Below are positions 1 through 8,777 of a stretch of 29,949 nt of DNA, one piece after another (the first letter of the stretch is position 1; each line of letters begins with the position of its first letter). The position numbers and the translations under genes are program-made. The stretch is from a virus (taxonomy: Duplodnaviria; Caudoviricetes). A model generated the notes under the pieces. It was not told where the DNA came from and ran no database searches. It saw nothing but the letters and a program-made list of their open reading frames with translations. Location of the stretch: positions 1-29,949 of the IMG/VR virus record IMGVR_UViG_3300038393_000548; one strand, given 5' to 3'.

Positions 1-1065
1 GGAATCAATGTAAGGCACTTGCACCTTGTTAGGAAACCCATCAGAGTACACAGCACGTCCCCGGATTCGGCCTAGATAAGCTGCGTCAGGCAAGTCGAGT
101 ATGATCTTACTATTTGCTTCGTCGGGCGTTGAGAAGGCCAACCTAGCAAGTATATTGCCACGTATCCTTGGCTTCAGCACGTCTTTTACGTCCGGTCTTT
201 GCGAAGCGATGATTAAATGTACATCCAAGTACCCTGCGGTTTCGGCTATAAAAGTAACTTTGTCTTGAATATCTTCATTTTCAGCAAACCGCGCATACTC
301 GTCGATCACTACAAAGATGGAGTCTAAAGGATCATTCGGATACTTCTTACGGTACTCCTTCACATCGACAATATCTCCGGCTTTCTTTAGTTTTTCCTTC
401 CGTTGTTCAATCTCTGTAATCGCTGCATCCAAACATTTATTTGCTTCAGCTTCCGTTTCTGCATCATGTATCTGAGGAATATCTTTGAACATGTACAAAT
501 CAGTGATTTTATTATCAGCAAAATACAGTTTAATTTTCCCATCCGTAGCTAACATTAAATGCGTAACCAACAGCCGGAGGAACACAGATTTCCCCATCCG
601 GGAAGCTCCACCTGCAAGTAAATGGGTAGAAGTTTCATCCCCAAAGTCAATATAAATCGTTCCAAACGGTGTAAATAAAGGAATAGCTAGAGGACGTTCA
701 AAATCGATTAAATCGACTTTGTAAGCCATCTTATCATCAAATTTTGCAAAGCCGAATTTTACTTCTACCAAATTCCCGCGAATGTGTTTGTATCTTACAT
801 CACCTGCAAAAGACGCTTCGTACATATACTTGACCACTTTGACAAATTCATCTGAAGAATATCCGGCAGGTAATTTAAAGGTCGCTGTGTACACATCACC
901 TTCTCTTTCTACAGATTTGATTTGAATTTTCTGTTCCTCTTTACCAGTAGCATTGAGTGTAGTTTTTATGATAGACCGTAAAACGACTGTCGGCATACTC
1001 TTGTACATTTTATAGATCGAACCTGCTACCATGGACGCACCTATAATTGTTAACGGTTCCGGCAT
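1..1065 (-). CDS. FtsK/SpoIIIE-family ATPase (3' end runs off the window; absent from the ORF track)
   Basis: Manual translation from ATG at 1065 (SD AGGAGGGG): MPEPLTIIGASMVAG... with Walker A HLLAGGASRMGKS, Walker B IFVVIDEY, and HLIIASQRP, RGNILARLAF, GRIRGRA motifs. Open for 355 codons to base 1. Confidence 0.92.
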   Translation of the reverse strand, partial: MPEPLTIIGASMVAGSIYKMYKSMPTVVLRSIIKTTLNATGKEEQKIQIKSVEREGDVYTATFKLPAGYSSDEFVKVVKYMYEASFAGDVRYKHIRGNLVEVKFGFAKFDDKMAYKVDLIDFERPLAIPLFTPFGTIYIDFGDETSTHLLAGGASRMGKSVFLRLLVTHLMLATDGKIKLYFADNKITDLYMFKDIPQIHDAETEAEANKCLDAAITEIEQRKEKLKKAGDIVDVKEYRKKYPNDPLDSIFVVIDEYARFAENEDIQDKVTFIAETAGYLDVHLIIASQRPDVKDVLKPRIRGNILARLAFSTPDEANSKIILDLPDAAYLGRIRGRAVYSDGFPNKVQVPYIDS

Positions 1066-1084
1066 GGTATCCCCTCCTATTCCC

Positions 1085-1113
1085 AGTATATGCAGATATA
1101 TCAGCAAATATAC
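1085..1113 (-). promoter_or_regulatory. sigmaE-like (mother-cell sporulation) promoter of the FtsK gene
   Basis: Minus strand GTATATT-N14-CATATACT just upstream of the SD. Fits B. subtilis sigmaE consensus (KMATAWW-N14-CATACANT) with few mismatches. Confidence 0.6.
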
Positions 1114-1123
1114 TCATTACGTA

Positions 1124-1153
1124 TTGACGATTATACATATCACATGATATATT
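1124..1153 (+). promoter_or_regulatory. sigmaA-type promoter
   Basis: TTGACG-N18-TATATT with extended -10 TG, upstream of SD GGGAGG and ATG 1189. Palindrome ATATCA-ca-TGATAT (1137-1150) overlaps it. Confidence 0.6.
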
Positions 1154-1188
1154 AGATGTGTACATAGCCTTGGGAGGGGCGATAATCA

Positions 1189-1473
1189 ATGTTAGTTATA
1201 TTCACTAGACATGCTAGGCAACGCTGCAAACAACGTAATTTAAACATGGACGAAATGCGCTCCGTTATTAAAAAAGTACCTCCTTGTTTCGACATTATGC
1301 GCTTTGAAGTGGAGACTGATTTAATCGCCGTTTTCCATGACGTAAACGGTATCAGGTATGTAGTAACTGTCTATAGAAAGGATGAACGTTATGAGCAACA
1401 CCGTACTAACGCTAGACCCCGCAGGCAACCATGGAAAGGAAGGAGATGGAACAACAGGATGGGCGATTTTTAA
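1189..1473 (+). CDS. DUF4258-like small protein (RelE/BrnT-like fold)
   Basis: N-terminal IFTRHARQRCKQRNL and C-terminal YVVTVY motifs; good SD. Confidence 0.55.
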   Translation: MLVIFTRHARQRCKQRNLNMDEMRSVIKKVPPCFDIMRFEVETDLIAVFHDVNGIRYVVTVYRKDERYEQHRTNARPRRQPWKGRRWNNRMGDF

Positions 1474-1885
1474 AGACGGACAGTTAGTGGATTTCGGCCA
1501 TAAAAGTTCGTCGGATTATGCTACAGCAGAGGAATATTGGGATAGTATAATCAGCTTAATGATATTGAGAGTTAACTTTGATCTAGTTGTATGTGAATCG
1601 TACAAACTTTTCGGACATAAAGCCAAGCAACAATCCGGCTCCGAAATGGGTACGCCGCAGCTTATTGGATGTATACGCTTGATGCTTCATAAGGCACGTA
1701 TCCCTTTAGTTTTTCAAGACCCTAAAGACAAAGTTCGCGTGACTGATCCGATTCTTGTACATATGGGCATCTTGGAGCAGACCGAAGGCGGGCGTTATAA
1801 GGCTTTAGGCAGGCAGACAATTATTCATGAGAGAGATAGTATACGCCACGGAGTTTTTTATCATCGTTATGGGGTGAAAAAGTGA
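1391..1885 (+). CDS. RuvC-like Holliday junction resolvase/nuclease
   Basis: LTLDPAG...TTGWAIF, LVVCESY and HERDSIRHG acidic motifs of the RNase H fold. SD AAAGGA favours start 1391 over 1382. Confidence 0.75.
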   Translation: MSNTVLTLDPAGNHGKEGDGTTGWAIFKDGQLVDFGHKSSSDYATAEEYWDSIISLMILRVNFDLVVCESYKLFGHKAKQQSGSEMGTPQLIGCIRLMLHKARIPLVFQDPKDKVRVTDPILVHMGILEQTEGGRYKALGRQTIIHERDSIRHGVFYHRYGVKK

Positions 1886-1980
1886 AATTATTTAAAGCAC
1901 TAATGATCGGAGTCCCACTAGGAATTATCCTGTGGATTTTAATAATGATCGTAGCAACTTTATTATGGAGGGCAATATGA
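1882..1980 (+). CDS. 32-aa single-TM membrane peptide
   Basis: MKLFKALMIGVPLGIILWILIMIVATLLWRAI. GTGA overlap with the upstream stop and ATGA overlap with the downstream start (translational coupling). Confidence 0.7.
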   Translation: MKLFKALMIGVPLGIILWILIMIVATLLWRAI

Positions 1981-2195
1981 CTAAAGACGCTATAAATCCT
2001 GACCACTATAAGCAAGGCGGTATTGAAACGATTGATATTATGAAAGCCAAGATGACGCAGGAACAATTCGAAGGGTATCTGCTAGGTAATGTCATCAAGT
2101 ATACGACGCGCTATAATCTAAAGAATGGTACGGAAGATTTGAAAAAGGCACAATGGTATTTAAACTACTTAATAAATGAAAAAAGACCCTCTTAG
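1977..2195 (+). CDS. DUF3310 protein (T7 gp1.7 nucleotide kinase / SaV-like)
   Basis: INPDHYKQGGIETID...GNVIKYTTRYNLKNGTEDLKKAQWYL signature. SD GGAGG supports start 1977. Confidence 0.88.
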   Translation: MTKDAINPDHYKQGGIETIDIMKAKMTQEQFEGYLLGNVIKYTTRYNLKNGTEDLKKAQWYLNYLINEKRPS

Positions 2196-2209
2196 GAGAG
2201 GTCTTTTTT
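2180..2209. terminator. Bidirectional intrinsic terminator between convergent blocks
   Basis: AAAAAGACC(c)TCT-tagg-AGAGGTCTTTTTT hairpin with A and T tracts on either side. Confidence 0.8.
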
Positions 2210-2359
2210 GTGGTTTACGTAGATTCCGTAAAGTGTGATTCCGACAAGTATAATGTCTGCAATTGCATCCTGAACATCGGAACCGATTTCTACATGGAAT
2301 AAAGATTTATAAAGGACAGCGAATGCGGCAATAATTGGAAGAATAATTGTTTTACTCAT
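2192..2359 (-). CDS. Small 2-TM holin-like protein (55 aa; absent from the ORF track)
   Basis: MSKTIILPIIAAFAVLYKSLFHVEIGSDVQDAIADIILVGITLYGIYVNHKKDLS. TAATG overlap with the endolysin stop; SD GGAGG. Confidence 0.75.
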   Translation of the reverse strand: MSKTIILPIIAAFAVLYKSLFHVEIGSDVQDAIADIILVGITLYGIYVNHKKDLS

Positions 2360-3096
2360 TAAGATACCTCCTGCCCGGAAACCCGGCGCAATTCATTTGC
2401 AAGCCGATGAAACTCAGCTTGTGCTTCAGGATCATTCGAAGCCGCATAAGCAGCCGACAAGAAACCTATAATTTTATTCGCATCTTCTTTAGACATTTCG
2501 GGTTCCACCTTTTCAAATTTATTCCAAGAGCCTAGCCCTTCGAAGCCTTCATTAAGATCAACGCCGATGCCGTTAAGTATAATATCATTTTTATATTGGT
2601 AGATATGAAGTCCTTCAGACTGCATTCCATGACTCCATGCGTAAGTTTGCCAAAATCGGGAACATGCTCCAGCTTCCATAACAGATTCAATAACAGCATA
2701 AGAGCCGTATACACCTGTATTGTACTCAGGTGTAGCTTCAGATGCCCCGCGTATATACTCGATAATCGTCGGCATTTGAGCAGCCGTGGCTTCGAAATCT
2801 ACAGCAAAATAAATCGTTGATCCGGCAGGCTGGCCTACTTCTTTAGCTACTTGCGCCGCTGTATACCCATCCTTAATCCCCGCAGTTCGCCCACCTAAAG
2901 CACGATTTGCTGTTGTTTCGTAGACGGAAACGATGCTAATTCCGGCTTTATTAATCAGGTCTGCTTCATCTTCCGTTAAGGCTTTCCACCCGGACGGAAC
3001 GAGGTAACGGGCTACAAAATCGTAACCATCCACGGCAAATGCTGTAGCTGTCTTAGATGTTAATGGAGTTGCGCAATCAAAGCCCTTCTTAGTCAT
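2359..3096 (-). CDS. Endolysin, DUF1906/GH25-like glycoside hydrolase with short C-terminal helical domain
   Basis: KGFDCA, FVARYL, IYFAVDF, GVYGS, WQTYAWS and VDLN motifs; lies between two holin-like genes. Confidence 0.88.
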   Translation of the reverse strand: MTKKGFDCATPLTSKTATAFAVDGYDFVARYLVPSGWKALTEDEADLINKAGISIVSVYETTANRALGGRTAGIKDGYTAAQVAKEVGQPAGSTIYFAVDFEATAAQMPTIIEYIRGASEATPEYNTGVYGSYAVIESVMEAGACSRFWQTYAWSHGMQSEGLHIYQYKNDIILNGIGVDLNEGFEGLGSWNKFEKVEPEMSKEDANKIIGFLSAAYAASNDPEAQAEFHRLANELRRVSGQEVS

Positions 3097-3274
3097 CGGT
3101 CTTCCTCCTACGTAGGCTTGACTCTATTTTAGTCAGCCTGTCTTTTACTTCTTCTGATAGAGTATGTATAATCGTAAGATACTTCTGTATGGTTACATGT
3201 TTATCCCATATCACATAAGCAACTAAAGCGATAAAAAGACCATGCTCTTTAGCTAACTGCAAGAATATATCCAT
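3089..3274 (-). CDS. BhlA/UviB-like holin
   Basis: 61 aa; N-terminal TM (HGLFIALVAYVIW) followed by a coiled coil; directly upstream of the endolysin. Confidence 0.75.
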   Translation of the reverse strand: MDIFLQLAKEHGLFIALVAYVIWDKHVTIQKYLTIIHTLSEEVKDRLTKIESSLRRRKTDD

Positions 3275-3310
3275 AAGTCAACCTCCCAACCCTATTAAAC
3301 TCTCAATTGA

Positions 3311-3339
3311 ATTGTAACAGAGTTGGGAGTTTACAGCAA
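3311..3339 (-). promoter_or_regulatory. Lysis-cassette promoter (sigmaA-like)
   Basis: TTGCTG-N17-TACAAT with extended -10 TG. Confidence 0.55.
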
Positions 3340-3345
3340 TAAAAA

Positions 3346-6300
3346 TTACTTGTATTCAACAGGTTTTCCCATAAACGGAGCTAGTAGATCAAGGAAATCA
3401 TTTCCCTGTCCATCAAAGATATTTACAGCTTTACCTAAAGCACCTGTCTGATTCAATAGGTATCGTGTGATTCCTTCAGCTTCTTTATCTTTGTAATAAA
3501 CAGGTTGATTATTAAAGAACTGCTTATTCAAAGACAGTTCGACAGGAGCCTTAATTGTCGGAGCCGCCATACCTAAAGCAGATCGTGCTGTGTCACCTAA
3601 GCCTGTACCGAACATCCCCAAGTCATTCATCGGCAACGCCCGAACAGGAAGCCCGATATTTGTTCCTGGTAGATGGATATAGTTATCAGTCTTGTAAGAC
3701 TTATTACCATCTTTCACATCTTCGTTGAAAGCATCCATCACCTTTTTGTAAGTCGAGTAGTACCTTGGCTGCTGCATAAACTGCTGAATCTGAAGCGGTA
3801 AATTGTTCTTCGTCCACATCCAGAACGGTGCGACAGTTCGCATCACATTGTCGCCTTTACTTCGTTCCGTGTAATTAAACAAGAACTTCCGAACCATGTC
3901 TCCGGCTTTATCTAAAGAATTTGTTTGCTTGTATCCGTGTAGGAACAAAGCAAGCCGGGAGAAATCATCGATACGATCACCTACTGTACGCATACCTTTA
4001 ACAATTTTGTTATCATTGATGGCTCCGCTTATCTTCGAAAGTACATCGTCTTTAGGTTTTGTGAACTGTGAACGAACGAAATCGGAGGAAAAACCTGACC
4101 CGAAAACACCTTTATCGTAAGCCGCCTGAACGATTTTTTGTTCTTCAGTCGATAGGTTACCCAACTTCATTCGTTTAAGAAGGTCGCTGGCGGCATTGTA
4201 ACTACCCACTTTTACACCTGCCAAGGTGTTATTTGCGATATTACCGATGAAGTTGTTTACATAGTGGGCAGGAATCGCAGTCGTGACAAGGGACTTCCAA
4301 ATATTGACTACTTGGTTCATCTTATCCAGAAGGTTATTCATACCCTTATCTGTAAACAGTTCCCGGACATTTTTCATCCCTTCGAATACATCCTTATGGA
4401 TCATCGTCCCCGGTTCTAAACCTAAAGATTTAGCTTCATCAGCATTCAGTTTATGGTAACCTTCACTTCCAGCATGAACTTTCGTATGGGAAAGCTCTGT
4501 CGATGGTTTAGCTAACAGACCATCTTTTTCCATTTGGCTAAAGAGTTCAGCCATCGTGCTAGATCGAGAGGATTTATAAGCCCGGTAGCCCAAGGCATCT
4601 AAAGGATTTCGTTCGAACAGTTTCGACAATTCAGCAGCTTCATCTAATTTGCCTGCTTGTGTCAAGCCGTGAATTGCATCTTCAAGCTGTGCAAAGTTGT
4701 CGAAGCCTGTACGTGCTTTACCGAAATTGTTAGCCTGCGAACGTCCAATGATTCTGGAAAGCTGCTCTTTAGTCAGATTCGCGCTGTCTTTTGAGAGAAC
4801 GTGCGGAAAATAGTTTTCGATAAGATTCGACACGGTACCTGAAGCAAGATCGCGTTCGCCCCATTGCTTCAAAAGTGGTTTGATTTGATCCGCAGCCGCT
4901 TTTACTTTAGCTTCATTGATAGTCGTTTTATCGAAAGCCTTTGGAAAGGCATTTTCGATTGTATAAACGACTGCTTTCTTTTCGACTTCCGTGAAGTCTT
5001 TCATCGTCTTAGCTACTTTACGCAGATCATCATTCGCCTGACGAATCCGTCCATGGATTTGCGTTTCTGCGTTTCGTAAATCGCCTGCTGACTTGTTAGC
5101 CAAAGCATCAGCCGATTTGAACGTTCGGGCATCGAATGGGTTAACTTTTGAAACCATGTTTCCAAAGTCAGATTTCCCACCCATATCCTGTACAAATTTA
5201 TTCAAGTTAACTAAAGGATCATTCACAACAGGTTCGGCATCTATAACGTTACGCGGCTTAACTGCCCGCTGCGCCACGGTTCCGGCTGTAACAGAATCAC
5301 CCTCCAAAGCAAGTTTTCCTAAAATATCTTGTAAACCTTGTTCGCTGACATTTGCTGGAAGCCCTGTTACTCTTGGCACTGGAAGCTCATCAAAGACTCC
5401 TTTAGTTGCTGGAATGGTTCCATCAAAAAGTTGAGAAGCGTCCGTAAAGTATTTCGAAACATCATCAACAGGCGTATTCTTCGGAATTTTTGTCAGTTCT
5501 TCCTGTAGATGTTTTAATCCTTGTGTTGTTAAATCTGAAGCGGTATTAACACGGTAATTATTTTTTAGAACTTGAGCCATTTGATCGGAATTGAGTCCTG
5601 CTTTTTGGAATAAATCACTAACCGCTGCGGCTCCTGTGTCCCCAATCTTAGCATCCTTAATTTTGAAAAATTCAGGCTTTTGCCCGAACTGTTTAGTGAT
5701 TTTTGTAAAAGGTACATCAAAATTAATCAGTGCATTTTGGGTCTTATTACGTGCTGCGGCGGCGGCATCTGCTGCGTATTGTACAGCTTTTTCGCCTGTA
5801 AGACCTAATTTTCCAGCTTCTTTAGCCGCAATTTGCGCGGCTTTAGCTCCGGCTTTAACTGCCGAACCGCTCCCGAATGTTACTAAGTTTAGTGGATCAA
5901 AGAGAATATCCCCTTCTAAACCACCGATTTTCTCAAGGTATCCTCCCGGTTTTGCCCCAAGATTCTTTAAAGTGTCCCCGAATCCTTTACCTTCAGTACC
6001 GATGCCGTGCAGAAATCCAAATCCAGGAACGTCGCCCCAAGAAAGCTTACCGTCTGTCCAATCACCTACCTGCGCTTTTGCGCCTTGCATAAGGGATTCA
6101 GCAAAAGGAATATCTTTCCAATCTAAATGGTGGTCTGACCAGTTGGCGAATTGATTCGTTACCAATTTACCTGTAGAGGAAATGCCCTCTAAGGCTTTCA
6201 GCCATAGAGGGGTTTCATCACCGCTGCTTCCTTTACCGCCGAAAGTCATAGGGGGAATACTTGGCGCATCCCCTAAATGATCTCCGTAAACATTATGCAA

Positions 6301-6393
6301 ATCTATTGCACCATTACGAATGCCTGCACCTGCTTCAGCGTTATTTTGCCGCATTCGGGCGAAAGCCGCTGCTAAATCTGCTTGACTTGGCAT
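3346..6393 (-). CDS. Large internal virion / DNA ejection protein (1015 aa)
   Basis: Last gene of the morphogenesis block; helical, Ala/Gly/Lys-rich; C-terminal DDFSRLALF...FLFNY...PFWMW motif typical of podovirus ejection proteins. Confidence 0.65.
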   Translation of the reverse strand: MPSQADLAAAFARMRQNNAEAGAGIRNGAIDLHNVYGDHLGDAPSIPPMTFGGKGSSGDETPLWLKALEGISSTGKLVTNQFANWSDHHLDWKDIPFAESLMQGAKAQVGDWTDGKLSWGDVPGFGFLHGIGTEGKGFGDTLKNLGAKPGGYLEKIGGLEGDILFDPLNLVTFGSGSAVKAGAKAAQIAAKEAGKLGLTGEKAVQYAADAAAAARNKTQNALINFDVPFTKITKQFGQKPEFFKIKDAKIGDTGAAAVSDLFQKAGLNSDQMAQVLKNNYRVNTASDLTTQGLKHLQEELTKIPKNTPVDDVSKYFTDASQLFDGTIPATKGVFDELPVPRVTGLPANVSEQGLQDILGKLALEGDSVTAGTVAQRAVKPRNVIDAEPVVNDPLVNLNKFVQDMGGKSDFGNMVSKVNPFDARTFKSADALANKSAGDLRNAETQIHGRIRQANDDLRKVAKTMKDFTEVEKKAVVYTIENAFPKAFDKTTINEAKVKAAADQIKPLLKQWGERDLASGTVSNLIENYFPHVLSKDSANLTKEQLSRIIGRSQANNFGKARTGFDNFAQLEDAIHGLTQAGKLDEAAELSKLFERNPLDALGYRAYKSSRSSTMAELFSQMEKDGLLAKPSTELSHTKVHAGSEGYHKLNADEAKSLGLEPGTMIHKDVFEGMKNVRELFTDKGMNNLLDKMNQVVNIWKSLVTTAIPAHYVNNFIGNIANNTLAGVKVGSYNAASDLLKRMKLGNLSTEEQKIVQAAYDKGVFGSGFSSDFVRSQFTKPKDDVLSKISGAINDNKIVKGMRTVGDRIDDFSRLALFLHGYKQTNSLDKAGDMVRKFLFNYTERSKGDNVMRTVAPFWMWTKNNLPLQIQQFMQQPRYYSTYKKVMDAFNEDVKDGNKSYKTDNYIHLPGTNIGLPVRALPMNDLGMFGTGLGDTARSALGMAAPTIKAPVELSLNKQFFNNQPVYYKDKEAEGITRYLLNQTGALGKAVNIFDGQGNDFLDLLAPFMGKPVEYK

Positions 6394-6404
6394 AAGATTC
6401 CTCC

Positions 6405-8477
6405 TTATCCGATGCTGTCTGAATTATCGCCGTATCCATCCATATCATTCATATTAAATGGTTTCGGAGCATCGCCGGAATACTGAACTGTTTTACCTGT
6501 TTTGAACTTATAGATTTCACCCATCGAGTTCTGAGCCGCTTCGATCTTGCTTAATGACTGTGCATATTCTGCTGTAAGGCTTTCTTTTTGTGCATCACTA
6601 AGGTCTTTGCTATCAAGTTTCGTGCGAATGCTGCGAAGGTTACTACCTTCTTCCGTCATAATGGCTTTAATCGCATCCACTTGTTTACCAAGTTGAGCAT
6701 CATTCGCTTTAGACTTATCCAACTTCATCTTAGCTTCAAACTGAGAAGTTTGATTCTCCATTGCTTGAAGTTTGATATCCATTTCCTTATCAGTTTGGTC
6801 AATACGCGCCCAACCTTGTTTTTCCATAACAGCATTATGTGCTTGAGTGATTGCCATTTGCTGTGCTTTTTGGGAAATTTCAGCTACCATTTTACGTGCA
6901 TCTAAAGTCATATTGCCGTTTTCATCGACACCCATTACTTTAGCTACATCTAAACCATACTTCTTCCAATCTAAAGCAAGCTGTGCCGCTTTCACTTGAC
7001 CGTCTTGGTTCAGCTTATCATACTTATAAGCGTACTCTTTATCGGTTTGATACTTTTCAAAACTATACTTCATCGCATCTGAATTTGCTGTAGTTTCATT
7101 CCCCATTTTCTCTTTAAGAAGTGATTCGTAAATCTTTGCAACTTCAAGCTGAGTTTTTGACCCATCTTGAAAGAGTTTTTGGAACGCGGCGGCTTGCATT
7201 GCCGGAAGATTAAGCCCTGCAATATTCGTATTCGCTGTATTGATTTGGTCAGCGTAACGTTTATTCACATCGTTAATCGCCGCGGATTTGGTATTGTACA
7301 GATTTGCCAAGTTCTTTTGTTTAGAAAGCAATAAGCGAGTATCCGCATCACTTGCAAGACCTGATCCGGCAAGACCGCGATTGGCGATACCTTGACGCGC
7401 TTCAAGCCATTTTTGAAAGCTGTTATCTTCAATATCACTTTTAGCTGTATCTAAAGAATTGGTGATTGCTTCCAGATCATTTTTCTGCCCTGTCTTTAAG
7501 CTGTTCAGCAGATTTTGATAGGAGCCGAGTTTTGCGTCATACTCTGCTTTAGCTTGTGTCTCCGCAGCCGCTTTTTGTCCTGCCCAAACGGAACTGTTTG
7601 GATCACTGATTGCTTTTAATGATTGATCTATACGCTCCGCAAGTCCTTTTAAAAACTTTTCTTCCGGGCTTTCGTCCTTGACAATATCCTGCGTAGGCTT
7701 TACAGATGGCGTGTAAGATGATTCAGCACCATCAGCCGGGAGTCCTGCCCATCCACGTACTTTATCTGCCCAAGCATGTGCTAAAGCTTGTCTTTCTGGA
7801 TTATCTTTATTTTCTGCCCAAACTTGCTTAGCGCGTTGGACTTCCTGCGCAGCTAAAGTAGGATTGCTTGCGAATATGGCTTGTTTTTCTGCTTCTGTTT
7901 TATCCTGAAAAGATTGGTCATTTACATTATAAGAAGCATACTTACCACCGTCTGCATAATCCGCTGCGTTACTGGATGTAGGAACTAAAGTACCTGTCTG
8001 CATTGGCGGTTTATAGGAAGCATAATTCGTAACCGTTGGCGCAGAACTTGTCGGGTTTCCGTTCATGTCAAGCCCCATACCTTTAAGTACTGCCGCCGCA
8101 TTCTGATTACCATTTTTAGCTAAAGAAAGTGCGAAAATCTGTTGCGGAGTCATATCCGTAGTATCGTAAACGGTGCCGTTATTGTCGACCCAAGTATTTA
8201 GTTGCTTGTATTGGTTAGCACCTGTACGTTGTTGATTGTGAATATTTTGATAACTTTTAAATAAATCTGAAGAACCTGCAACATTGCCGATTTGATTAGC
8301 CGATCCTGTGTAGGATGTAGCAGGTGCTGTATAGGAAACTGAAGAAGATGGTGCAGTATACCCGCTTGTGATAAACGGTGTATTTGCAGTAGTCTGTTTC
8401 TGACCCCCGGTTGCTTCTTCATATGAAATATTACCTCGTATGTAATCTTGGTACTTCCCAGGAATAATTCCGCCCAT
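6405..8477 (-). CDS. Internal virion / ejection protein, coiled-coil (690 aa)
   Basis: Low-complexity S/T/N/Q N-terminus; ARQGIANRGLAGSGLA motif and long coiled coil; position after tail genes. Confidence 0.6.
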   Translation of the reverse strand: MGGIIPGKYQDYIRGNISYEEATGGQKQTTANTPFITSGYTAPSSSVSYTAPATSYTGSANQIGNVAGSSDLFKSYQNIHNQQRTGANQYKQLNTWVDNNGTVYDTTDMTPQQIFALSLAKNGNQNAAAVLKGMGLDMNGNPTSSAPTVTNYASYKPPMQTGTLVPTSSNAADYADGGKYASYNVNDQSFQDKTEAEKQAIFASNPTLAAQEVQRAKQVWAENKDNPERQALAHAWADKVRGWAGLPADGAESSYTPSVKPTQDIVKDESPEEKFLKGLAERIDQSLKAISDPNSSVWAGQKAAAETQAKAEYDAKLGSYQNLLNSLKTGQKNDLEAITNSLDTAKSDIEDNSFQKWLEARQGIANRGLAGSGLASDADTRLLLSKQKNLANLYNTKSAAINDVNKRYADQINTANTNIAGLNLPAMQAAAFQKLFQDGSKTQLEVAKIYESLLKEKMGNETTANSDAMKYSFEKYQTDKEYAYKYDKLNQDGQVKAAQLALDWKKYGLDVAKVMGVDENGNMTLDARKMVAEISQKAQQMAITQAHNAVMEKQGWARIDQTDKEMDIKLQAMENQTSQFEAKMKLDKSKANDAQLGKQVDAIKAIMTEEGSNLRSIRTKLDSKDLSDAQKESLTAEYAQSLSKIEAAQNSMGEIYKFKTGKTVQYSGDAPKPFNMNDMDGYGDNSDSIG

Positions 8478-8502
8478 TAAGCATACCTCCTATTCAATTT
8501 CC

Positions 8503-8533
8503 ATTATACTAGATTTGTAGAAACCTGTATACA
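8503..8533 (-). promoter_or_regulatory. Late-type promoter, 31-bp copy 1
   Basis: TGTATACAGGTTTCTACAAATCTAGTATAAT, identical to 15042-15072; ends in perfect -10 TATAAT. Confidence 0.8.
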
Positions 8534-8534
8534 T

Positions 8535-8566
8535 AAAAAGCAAGCCCCGCGTAAACGGGGCTTTTT
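8535..8566 (-). terminator. Intrinsic terminator after the tail-fibre operon
   Basis: AAGCCCCG-6nt-CGGGGCTT hairpin flanked by A/T tracts. Confidence 0.8.
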
Positions 8567-8567
8567 A

Positions 8568-8777
8568 TTAAACTCTGTAAGCTATGGTTTGATTGTATTC
8601 GTCTTGGGTGATCCATCCTTGAGCTAAAGCATTGTCAATTTGAGCTAAAGTATAGTTAGCGGCTGCGTACTGTTTTACAGGCTCCACATATTCAGATCGA
8701 ATGTCAGAAAACCGCTTTGTCCCATCGATGTAAATTGCTTTTGCGTAAGCGGCTGTTAATGACTGATAAATAGGCAT
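8568..8777 (-). CDS. Small XkdX/CD1375-like phage protein
   Basis: 69 aa; YAKAIY...VEPVKQY and GWITQDEY motifs; follows xkdW-like gene. Confidence 0.6.
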   Translation of the reverse strand: MPIYQSLTAAYAKAIYIDGTKRFSDIRSEYVEPVKQYAAANYTLAQIDNALAQGWITQDEYNQTIAYRV

